Of a DNA stretch of 64,000 bases, positions 1 to 8,010 are shown in pieces. The notes below the pieces were generated by a model, which saw only the letters and a program-made list of their open reading frames with translations, was not told where the DNA came from and did no database searches. Position numbers and translations under genes: made by a program. This DNA is from Candidatus Ancillula hodotermitis. Lineage in GTDB: Bacteria; Actinomycetota; Actinomycetes; Actinomycetales; Bifidobacteriaceae. Where the stretch lies: NCBI GenBank assembly GCA_031262545.1, contig JAISHP010000104.1, forward strand, positions 1,209 to 65,208, given 5' to 3'. Positions within the stretch are counted from its first letter, which is position 1; each line of letters starts with the position of its first letter.

Positions 1-107
1 CTTGATAAACATAATCTAGATTAATTAAAAATAATCCATTTAAATATTATTTAACTAACAAAAAAGTAGTAACGGCGTAATATTTTATGCACTTATTCGA
101 AATCATT

Positions 108-1379
108 TTAAAATCCAGCTAATATTCCATAAAGAGGGATATTTGTCAGCCAATCTTGTTTCTTGTAAAATGAGAGAGAAGTTCTATAACAATAAATGCC
201 ATATTTTGTATAAAATGATTTTAAACTCTGAGATTTTAGATTTTCTTGTGCCTTTACTTCCAATGGTATCATCTTTAACTCATCTGTAAAAATAAAGTCC
301 ACTTCTGATTTACCACCTGTCCAATAATTTGGAATTATTCCATTTTTAGCTACTAATTGCTGAAGAACATATTGCTCTGTCAAAGCACCTTTAAATTGCT
401 CAAAAATTTCATTTTTTTGTAAAATAACCTGAATTGGCAAATTTGACATTGCACCAAGAAGCCCGACATCTAGTAAATAGATCTTAAAGATATTCTTTTG
501 CTCGAATCCGGACAATGGTAGCTCTGCATTGTTTACGTTAGTAACCTTATAAACCAATGATAAATCTATCAACCATTGAATCGCATCTTCATAATCTTTA
601 CTTCTAGCCCCTTCTCGGACAGCTCCCCAAATAAATTTTTTATTTTCTTTAGACAAATGAGCCGGTATAGACTGCCACACTTGACGAACTTTAGAGACAA
701 TATTATTCGGAATATGTTTTGAAAAGTCACTATAGTATAAATCAAGAAGATTTTGTTGTATCTCTCTAGTATTATTCAAATTACCATTATCAATATAATC
801 TTGAACAACTTCTGGTAATCCTCCTGTGCAATAATATATTTTGAGCAAGTCAATCAATTCCTTGTGGAAGCTTTCAAGCGCTAACCAATTTTTATCAACT
901 AGTTTCTTTACAAAACCAGGATATCCTACAGCCAACAAAAACTCTAAAAAACTTAATGGGAATATATCAAAAAAAGTTACTTTACCAACAGGAAAAGAAA
1001 CCTTCTCGTGTTGTAAAATTCCCAATTGTGAACCTGCACAAATAACTGGCAGCCAAGAATATTCTTCTTGAAAATACTTTAGTGAAGTAACAGCAGATCT
1101 AATTTCTTGGATTTCATCTACAATAATCAATGTATTCTCATTTAGTGACGTACTAAATTTTATCTCAATTCTTTCAATTATTTTTTTAGGGTCAACGTCA
1201 CCCTCTAAAAAGACATCCTTATCTTTTTCTAAATTCAAATAATAGAAGTTATCAAATGTTTTAGCTAACTCCTTCATTGCCCAAGTTTTCCCAACTTGTC
1301 TTGCTCCTCTAAGAATCAAAGGTTTTCTGTTTGTGCTAGACTTCCATCTTATCAAATCTTCCATTATGAATCTCCGCAT
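108..1379 (-). CDS. AAA+ ATPase (AAA_14-like) fused to a DUF4143 / PD-(D/E)xK nuclease-like C-terminal domain
   Basis: 423-aa ORF. Walker A GARQVGKT and Walker B LIIVDEIQ. C-terminal SEVDFIF...PLEVKA gives a D...ExK signature. TATAAT at 1386-1391 (minus) lies exactly 6 nt upstream of the ATG. Confidence 0.8.
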   Translation of the reverse strand: MRRFIMEDLIRWKSSTNRKPLILRGARQVGKTWAMKELAKTFDNFYYLNLEKDKDVFLEGDVDPKKIIERIEIKFSTSLNENTLIIVDEIQEIRSAVTSLKYFQEEYSWLPVICAGSQLGILQHEKVSFPVGKVTFFDIFPLSFLEFLLAVGYPGFVKKLVDKNWLALESFHKELIDLLKIYYCTGGLPEVVQDYIDNGNLNNTREIQQNLLDLYYSDFSKHIPNNIVSKVRQVWQSIPAHLSKENKKFIWGAVREGARSKDYEDAIQWLIDLSLVYKVTNVNNAELPLSGFEQKNIFKIYLLDVGLLGAMSNLPIQVILQKNEIFEQFKGALTEQYVLQQLVAKNGIIPNYWTGGKSEVDFIFTDELKMIPLEVKAQENLKSQSLKSFYTKYGIYCYRTSLSFYKKQDWLTNIPLYGILAGF

Positions 1380-1404
1380 AGCAACATTATAGCACTAAAA
1401 TTTT

Positions 1405-1452
1405 TATTGGTGCCGAAAAAGGTATACTTTTCTCTATTATTGGTGCCGAAAA
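1405..1452. promoter_or_regulatory. Two exact direct copies of TATTGGTGCCGAAAA (1405-1419 and 1438-1452, 33-bp spacing) upstream of the ATPase -10 box; candidate operator or activator site
   Basis: The 15-mer is repeated three helical turns apart. It has a GC-rich core in an AT-rich spacer. The proximal copy occupies the position where a -35 element would sit. Confidence 0.35.
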
Positions 1453-1681
1453 TGTATAATATTTTTTACTGTATAGCATATAATTTAATAAAATTGAATA
1501 TGATATACTGATTTTAAACAATAATCTACTTAGATTTAAGATAATTTTAAAATTATTTTCTACAAAAAATAGAGATTTGCTCTTCAAAAATGCCCGCATG
1601 CCTTCAGAAGTTCAATTTCTATAGTAAGCTGTCTGCAAGACCGATAAGAGCTCGAGAGCAATCGCTTGTTCTCGCAATAGC

Positions 1682-1708
1682 AAAAAACCTAGTTTTTCAA
1701 CTAGGTTT
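1682..1708 (-). terminator. Rho-independent terminator-like hairpin (left copy of the duplicated unit)
   Basis: Stem AACCTAG/CTAGGTT followed by a T-run on the minus strand. It lies directly downstream of the tRNA-like remnant. Confidence 0.6.
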
Positions 1709-1721
1709 TATGCGTAATAAG

Positions 1722-1808
1722 TGGCGGATAGAGGATTTGAACCTCTGGCGCAATTAGCTAAAAGCTAATATGCTCTAAGGCTTGTTAATTTAAGGGGCTC
1801 GCCGCCCC
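1722..1808 (-). pseudogene. Chimeric tRNA-like remnant: tRNA-Tyr T-arm and 3' acceptor (1722-1747) joined to a Lys-type anticodon arm ATTAG-CTTTTAG-CTAAT (1753-1769), without a D-arm or matching 5' acceptor strand
   Basis: The sequence is identical to the tRNA-Tyr 3' part up to 1747 and then diverges. The anticodon-arm hairpin is perfect with anticodon TTT. The 5' side has only 5 of 7 possible acceptor pairs, 30 nt where about 20 are expected, and a GC hairpin at 1794-1808. Confidence 0.5.
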
Positions 1809-1903
1809 TAACACCCCGCATGCCTTCAGAAGTTCAATTTCTATAGTAAGCTGTCTGCAAGACCGATAAGAGCTCGAGAGCAATCGCTTGTTCTCGTAAT
1901 AGC

Positions 1904-1930
1904 AAAAAACCTAGTTTTTCAGCTAGGTTT
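1904..1930 (-). terminator. Rho-independent terminator of tRNA-Tyr
   Basis: Minus-strand AAACCTAG-CTGAAAAA-CTAGGTTTTTTGC begins about 13 nt after the tRNA 3' end. Confidence 0.7.
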
Positions 1931-1943
1931 TATGCGTAATAAG

Positions 1944-2025
1944 TGGCGGATAGAGGATTTGAACCTCTGAAGGCATAGCCAACTGATTTACAGTCAGTCC
2001 CCTTTGGCCACTCGGGTAATCCGCC
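1944..2025 (-). tRNA. tRNA-Tyr (anticodon GTA), long variable arm, CCA not encoded
   Basis: Hand-folded cloverleaf: acceptor GGCGGAT/ATCCGCC, D-stem CCC/GGG, anticodon stem ACTGA/TCAGT with loop CTGTAAA, variable arm GGC-TAT-GCC, T-arm AGAGG-TTCAAAT-CCTCT, discriminator A. Confidence 0.9.
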
Positions 2026-2151
2026 AAAAAATATTTAGTTGTAAGTTTTACCTTTATATCATCATAAGCTCCAAAGGGGACTGACAGTCAGTCCGCTTTT
2101 TCTAGCTCAAGGCTGCGCCCACTCGGGTAATCCGACAAAAAATATTTAGTT
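2008..2151. repeat. 33-bp direct repeat (2008-2040 and 2119-2151, 1 mismatch) duplicating the first 18 nt of tRNA-Tyr (17 of 18 identical) plus its 15-bp upstream flank
   Basis: CCACTCGGGTAATCCG[C/A]CAAAAAATATTTAGTT occurs twice, 111 bp apart. Confidence 0.9.
2071..2094. repeat. tRNA-Tyr-derived palindrome; 2071-2085 is a perfect 15-nt inverted copy of tRNA-Tyr D-arm/anticodon-stem sequence (1993-2007)
   Basis: CCAAAGGGGACTGAC is the exact reverse complement of GTCAGTCCCCTTTGG in the gene. It is followed by AGTCAGTCC, which forms the hairpin GGACTGAC-A-GTCAGTCC. Confidence 0.85.
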
Positions 2152-2172
2152 TTTTTTAATCTTGCGATTAAG

Positions 2173-2245
2173 TACCCCGAACGGGATTTGAACCCGTGCC
2201 ACCGCCGTGAGAGGGCGGCGTCCTAGACCTCTAAACGATCGGGGC
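2173..2245 (-). tRNA. tRNA-Glu (anticodon CTC), CCA not encoded
   Basis: Hand fold: acceptor GCCCCGA/TCGGGGT (G1-U72), anticodon stem CCGCC/GGCGG with loop CTCTCAC, T-arm ACGGG-TTCAAAT-CCCGT. The sequence has an actinobacterial tRNA-Glu look. Confidence 0.85.
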
Positions 2246-2393
2246 ATATTTAATTTTACCTCTTCGCTTGAGGATAAATTCACCTTTCAGGGAAAATTGT
2301 CAGGAGCCAGCGGTGGTGATAGGCCAACTCCCAACTATTACATTATATCTAACTTTCTTTTATGCTGTCAAACTGGCGATATAATGTATAGGT

Positions 2394-3827
2394 ATGAAGA
2401 TAGAAAAAACACCGATTGATGGAGTAGTAGTTATTGAATTAGATGTTCACGGGGATAACCGTGGATGGTTTAAAGAAAATTGGCAAGTAGAAAAACTTTC
2501 TGCTTTAAATTATGATTTTAAATACTTTAAGCCTATACAAAATAATATTAGTTTTAATGCTCAAAAAGGTGTTACTCGCGGAATTCACGCTGAACCTTGG
2601 AACAAATATATATCTGTTGGTTTTGGCTCTGTTTTTGGTGCTTGGGTTGACTTAAGAGAGAATTCTAAAACCTACGGGAAAACCTTCACAACAACTCTAA
2701 CTCCTGATAAAGCGATCTTTATTCCTCGTGGCGTTGCCAATTCATTCCAAGCTTTAGAAGATAATACAGTTTATACTTATCTTGTTGATGCTCATTGGTC
2801 AGCAGATCTACAAAAAGAATACACATTTGTTAATTTAAAAGATCCTGAACTTAATATTCAGTGGCCTATTCCATTAACGCTTTCAGATGGAACTGACAAT
2901 CCTGATGTTGAACTTTCAGAAAAAGACAAAAATCACCCTTATCTTAAAGATGTTGTTCCTATGCCTCCTAAAAAAATATTGATAACCGGAGCAAATGGGC
3001 AACTAGGTCGTGCTATTCAAAATGCTATAGACCTATCCAATTTAATTTTAACAGATCTCACCGATTCTGAGAATATTCAAAAATTTGATTTTACCAATCC
3101 TGAAGAATATAATAATTTTGATTGGACTAAAATAGGAACAATAATTAATTGTGCAGCTTGGACAAATGTTGATGGAGCTGAAACTAATGAAGGACGACTT
3201 GGTTCTTGGAAATCTAATGCTTTTGGACCAAATCTTCTTGCAAAGATAGCTACTCGATATAATATTACATTAATTCATATTTCTAGTGACTATGTTTTTG
3301 ATGGAACAATTGATAAACACCTAGAAAATGAACCTTTTTCACCCCTTGGAATTTATGGACAGACTAAAGCTGCTGGCGATCTTGCAGTTTCTACCACTCA
3401 AAAACATTATATTATAAGAACAAGCTGGGTAATTGGGGATGGAAATAATTTTGTTAAAACTTTTCAAAATTTAGCAAGCAAGAATATTAAACCAAGTGTT
3501 GTGAATGATCAATTTGGAAGATTAACTTTTACTTCTACTCTTGCAGATGCAATTAAACATTTGTTAACTTCAAAAGCTGATTATGGCACATATAACGTAA
3601 CCAATTCAGGAAAAACAGTTTCTTGGTTTGAAATTGCCCAAAAAATATATAGCCTTTGTGGACATCAAGAATCCGAAGTTTCACCTATTTCAACACAAGA
3701 CTATTATCAAGATAAAGATTATATTTCGCCAAGACCAAGTAATTCAACCTTAAGTTTAGATAAAATTATTTCAACCGGATTTGAACCGTCAGATTGGGAA
3801 AACGAATTAAATCTTTATTGTAAATAA
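2394..3827 (+). CDS. rmlCD: Bifunctional dTDP-4-dehydrorhamnose 3,5-epimerase / dTDP-4-dehydrorhamnose reductase (RmlC-RmlD fusion)
   Basis: 477 aa. N-terminal cupin half has GIHAEPW and ANSFQAL. C-terminal Rossmann half has ILITGANGQLG and YGQTKAAGD (YxxxK). TATAAT at 2380-2385 lies 8 nt upstream of the ATG. Confidence 0.85.
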   Translation: MKIEKTPIDGVVVIELDVHGDNRGWFKENWQVEKLSALNYDFKYFKPIQNNISFNAQKGVTRGIHAEPWNKYISVGFGSVFGAWVDLRENSKTYGKTFTTTLTPDKAIFIPRGVANSFQALEDNTVYTYLVDAHWSADLQKEYTFVNLKDPELNIQWPIPLTLSDGTDNPDVELSEKDKNHPYLKDVVPMPPKKILITGANGQLGRAIQNAIDLSNLILTDLTDSENIQKFDFTNPEEYNNFDWTKIGTIINCAAWTNVDGAETNEGRLGSWKSNAFGPNLLAKIATRYNITLIHISSDYVFDGTIDKHLENEPFSPLGIYGQTKAAGDLAVSTTQKHYIIRTSWVIGDGNNFVKTFQNLASKNIKPSVVNDQFGRLTFTSTLADAIKHLLTSKADYGTYNVTNSGKTVSWFEIAQKIYSLCGHQESEVSPISTQDYYQDKDYISPRPSNSTLSLDKIISTGFEPSDWENELNLYCK

Positions 3828-3833
3828 TATTTA

Positions 3834-4913
<1,080 letters not shown>

Positions 4914-4932
4914 CTATATTGACTTATCCTTT

Positions 4933-5871
4933 TTATAATAAATATAATCCAAATAGTATTCCAATTAAGGCATGCATTTTAAACGCTGACTTCCAATTAT
5001 CTTGCGTAAAATTATATATTTGAAATCCACTTACAATAATTATTACTGGTAAAATAATTAAGTTATTTGGCATTACAAAGCCACCTAAAATTGCAGCTAA
5101 GATAAGAATTACAAAATATACAATTTTAGCAAAATTTTTTCCAAGGTAAAAAGGTAAAGTTATTTTTCCATTTTCAGAATCACTTTTTAAATCCCTGAGA
5201 TTATCAATCATCAACATTGCTGCTACAACCAATCCGTAAGCTATAGATGCTCCAAGAACAACGCTAAAATCATGTCCATTAAATAGACGCTTTTCAGAAC
5301 CTAATAAATAATATGTTCCAACAACCGAAACAGGTCCAAAGAAAGCAAATGACATAATTTCACCTAATCCTTGATATCCATAAGGATGTTTAGATCCAGA
5401 ATAACCCCAAACAGCAAATAGACAAAGAGCTCCTAAAAACAACATAATAATTTTCCCACCAATAACAATATTTGATAAGACTACAGCTGAAATTCCAGAA
5501 AGAATTGCTAAGAGAAGAAATATTATAAATCTACGTAAATATGATTTTGGTTCTAAAGTTGTTCGGGCTTGATCTTCCTGCTCCTTTGGACGATTGTAAT
5601 CTAAGCCACTTTTTATATCATAATAATCATTAGCAAAATTACAAGCAATTTGAAGAGAAACAGCCAAAATTAAACATAACCCCAAAATAGCCATATTGTG
5701 GAATCTATAAATTTGACGAGCAAAAAGACCTGTTCCTCGCCAACTAGCCGCCCAACCGATCAAAACTGAAAATATAGATGCCCAAAGCGAAAGTGGACGA
5801 AATGACATTATAAAATTTTTTCCTATTGTTCTAATAGGAATTTTTTCACTACCTAAAGTAGGAATTGCCAT
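4933..5871 (-). CDS. menA: UbiA-family prenyltransferase, MenA-like (1,4-dihydroxy-2-naphthoate polyprenyltransferase)
   Basis: 312-aa polytopic membrane protein with NFANDYYDIKSGLD (NDxxD) and a second Asp-rich motif MIDNLRD. It abuts the nadA stop codon. Confidence 0.7.
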   Translation of the reverse strand: MAIPTLGSEKIPIRTIGKNFIMSFRPLSLWASIFSVLIGWAASWRGTGLFARQIYRFHNMAILGLCLILAVSLQIACNFANDYYDIKSGLDYNRPKEQEDQARTTLEPKSYLRRFIIFLLLAILSGISAVVLSNIVIGGKIIMLFLGALCLFAVWGYSGSKHPYGYQGLGEIMSFAFFGPVSVVGTYYLLGSEKRLFNGHDFSVVLGASIAYGLVVAAMLMIDNLRDLKSDSENGKITLPFYLGKNFAKIVYFVILILAAILGGFVMPNNLIILPVIIIVSGFQIYNFTQDNWKSAFKMHALIGILFGLYLL

Positions 5872-6939
5872 TTAGCTAAGCTCCATCATCTTTTCAAGAC
5901 TTTTTAAAGCAGATTCTTTAGTTGCGCGATCAACAGTAATCCTTTGAATATCGCTACCTGCTAAAATATTTTCAAGATTCCAAACTAGATGTGGAAGCTT
6001 AATTCTATTCATAGTTACACAGGCACAACTTATTTGGTTTAAACGCATAACTTCTTTTTTGCCAGCATATTTTCTAGTTAATCTATCAACAAGATTATTA
6101 TCTGTTCCTACGGCAAAACTTGACCCTTCAGGAGCCTCATCAACAATCTTTAATAATTTATTAGTTGACCCCGATTGATCTGCTGCTTGAACAACATCAA
6201 ACTGACATTCTGGGTGAACAATTATTTTAGTTTCAGGATGATCTTTTCTAATTTTGTCAACATTTGCCATTGTAAATTGTTGATGGACAGAACAGTATCC
6301 ATTCCAAAGGATTACTTTAGAATCTTGAGCGCCTTTTTCAATTTTATTCACTCTGTCCCAAAGTGACATTTGTTCAAGTGGGATTCCAAGCTCAAAAGTT
6401 GTGTTTCTTCCTAAATGCTGGTCTGGCAAAAACAAAATTCTCTGTTTTTGTTCAAGTGCCCATTTTACAATTTTAGGAGCATTTGTAGAAGTCACACAAA
6501 CTCCACCATGCTCTCCAACAAAAGCTTTTACTTCAGCAGTTGAATTTACATAAGTTATAGGTAAAATTGTGTTCCCATACTTCTTAGTTAAAATTCCCCA
6601 AGCATCTCTTAATTCTTCACCATTTGCCATATCAGCCATAAAACAACCGGCTGCTTCATCAGGAAGATATACCTTTTGCCAATCTTCAGTTAACATATCC
6701 GCTGTTTCCGCCATAAAATGGACACCACAAAAAACTATATATTTTGATTTTTTATTTTTTTGAGCTTCCTGAGCTAAATATAAAGAATCGCCTGTTACAT
6801 CAGCAAATTGATAAACCTCATCCTTCTGGTAGTGATGACAAATTATTAATAAATCTTCTCCAAGTTTACCTTTAATTTCACGAACTCTATTCTCAAGTTC
6901 TTCTTTAGGTTTTAATAAATATTCGGCTGGTATTTTCAC
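5872..6939 (-). CDS. nadA: Quinolinate synthase A
   Basis: 355 aa, colinear with Bacillus-type NadA as I recall it. Motifs: HHYQKDEVYQFADVTGDSL, FCGVHFMAETADML, YVNSTAEVKAF, VHPEC, MNRI. Confidence 0.85.
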   Translation of the reverse strand: MKIPAEYLLKPKEELENRVREIKGKLGEDLLIICHHYQKDEVYQFADVTGDSLYLAQEAQKNKKSKYIVFCGVHFMAETADMLTEDWQKVYLPDEAAGCFMADMANGEELRDAWGILTKKYGNTILPITYVNSTAEVKAFVGEHGGVCVTSTNAPKIVKWALEQKQRILFLPDQHLGRNTTFELGIPLEQMSLWDRVNKIEKGAQDSKVILWNGYCSVHQQFTMANVDKIRKDHPETKIIVHPECQFDVVQAADQSGSTNKLLKIVDEAPEGSSFAVGTDNNLVDRLTRKYAGKKEVMRLNQISCACVTMNRIKLPHLVWNLENILAGSDIQRITVDRATKESALKSLEKMMELS

Positions 6940-6947
6940 TACTTATA

Positions 6948-7940
6948 TTATATATCACTCAATATAGGACCAACTGGTTTCCAGTCTTTATCATGCAAAA
7001 TTTTTCTGGAATCACGCCAACCCTTCCAAATAGCCTTTAGACCTTTGCGGAATTTATGATCAATAAATAAACGAATTGTTTCTTTAACAAATGTTAAAGC
7101 CGTCCCGAAGCCAAACAAAAATCTATGGTAATCACCATTAATCATAAAATATTTTGCTAAATATCCTCTATTTCGCATAATATAATACCGAACCATATCA
7201 CTAGTGCTATTAAGTTTACGAACTCTTCCTAAAGGAATATGACTTATCTCTCTGGCTCGCTTCATCAAGAAATCTCGGATTAATATAGGAGTTGTAATTT
7301 TTGAGGCTAAATAACCATACAAAGTGTCATCCCAATAAATAAAAAATCTTGCATCTGGAAGTCCAATTTCTTGAACAATCGAGCGGTGAAAAAATCCACC
7401 TTCAAAACAAGCTGTATTCATTACTTTAAATTCCTCAGTTTCACCAAAATCTGAAGGAGCTATCGGGTTAGGTATGCCTAAGCCTACCATAAACTGATAC
7501 TGCCAATAAAACGGTGAATTATCCCAATTATGACGACGTGGTTGAACAACTCGTCTATCTTTCTCTAAAGAATTCTCAAGAATAGGCTCTATTCTTTTAA
7601 TAGAATCTGGATAAACTAAAACATCATCATCCATTAACCAAAGCCAAGCAGCTCCAGAATGGTAAGCGATTTCTGCCCCTTTAGCAAATCCTCCAGAACC
7701 TCCAGTGTTTTCTTCCATAGGTTTATAGACAACTTCTACATTTTCCTTGGAAATCTCTTCCTTAAAGTTGTTGACAATTTTAGCAGTTTCAGCACTATTT
7801 TCATTATCAACAATTACAATAAATTTAGGGAAAACTGTTAAATTTAAATAGGAATTTAATAAGTCTTGAAGCATTTGTTGACGTTTAAATGTCACTACTG
7901 CTATAGCTATATCAGCATTATTGATTTTTTTCTTTCCCAT
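6948..7940 (-). CDS. Family-2 glycosyltransferase (GlfT1/rhamnosyltransferase-like); paralog of 53306-54214
   Basis: 330 aa. Motifs VVTFKRQQML, NTGGSGGFAKG, WLMDDDV (DxD). Confidence 0.75.
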   Translation of the reverse strand: MGKKKINNADIAIAVVTFKRQQMLQDLLNSYLNLTVFPKFIVIVDNENSAETAKIVNNFKEEISKENVEVVYKPMEENTGGSGGFAKGAEIAYHSGAAWLWLMDDDVLVYPDSIKRIEPILENSLEKDRRVVQPRRHNWDNSPFYWQYQFMVGLGIPNPIAPSDFGETEEFKVMNTACFEGGFFHRSIVQEIGLPDARFFIYWDDTLYGYLASKITTPILIRDFLMKRAREISHIPLGRVRKLNSTSDMVRYYIMRNRGYLAKYFMINGDYHRFLFGFGTALTFVKETIRLFIDHKFRKGLKAIWKGWRDSRKILHDKDWKPVGPILSDI

Positions 7941-8010
7941 ATCTATTAATTGTCTTGTCTATTAATTATTTTGTCTATTAATTACCTATTAATTTATTTA
8001 CGCTTAAATA

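Larger units (their letters stand above)
1593..1969. repeat. Tandem duplication: 155-bp unit at 1593-1747 and 1815-1969 (offset 222 bp, 2 mismatches)
   Basis: Direct base-by-base comparison. The differences are c/t at 1675/1897 and a/g at 1700/1922. Each unit contains the tRNA-Tyr T-arm and 3' acceptor, a terminator and an inverted tRNA-Tyr fragment. Confidence 0.9.

Noticed and set aside
841-1071. This and many other 60-130-aa ORFs in the track lie antisense to, or out of frame within, long genes. Examples: 6175-6366, 8078-8305, 9612-9794, 20536-20919, 31196-31531, 36745-37140, 40524-40898, 58542-58826, 59217-59720.
   Set aside because: They lie wholly inside longer ORFs that carry clear family motifs, and their translations are low-complexity. 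In an AT-rich genome, long stop-free antisense frames are expected by chance.
1722-1808. A possible functional tRNA-Lys(TTT).
   Set aside because: Only the anticodon arm and the borrowed Tyr T-arm/acceptor 3' strand fold. There is no D-arm. The candidate 5' acceptor pairs at 5 of 7 positions, and the distance to the anticodon stem is about 10 nt too long. I treat it as a chimeric remnant.
1593-1969. A possible CRISPR-like or satellite repeat array.
   Set aside because: There are only two copies, each unit is 155 bp, and both are made of tRNA-Tyr 3' sequence plus a terminator. There is no short repeat/spacer periodicity and there are no cas genes.
2246-2347. A tRNA-Glu leader with an anti-tRNA segment like those of Tyr and His.
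   Set aside because: The only inverted self-match I could find is the 7-mer GCGGTGG (2310-2316) against CCACCGC in the gene. Similarity does not extend beyond it, and there is no duplicated 5' fragment. That is too weak to claim.
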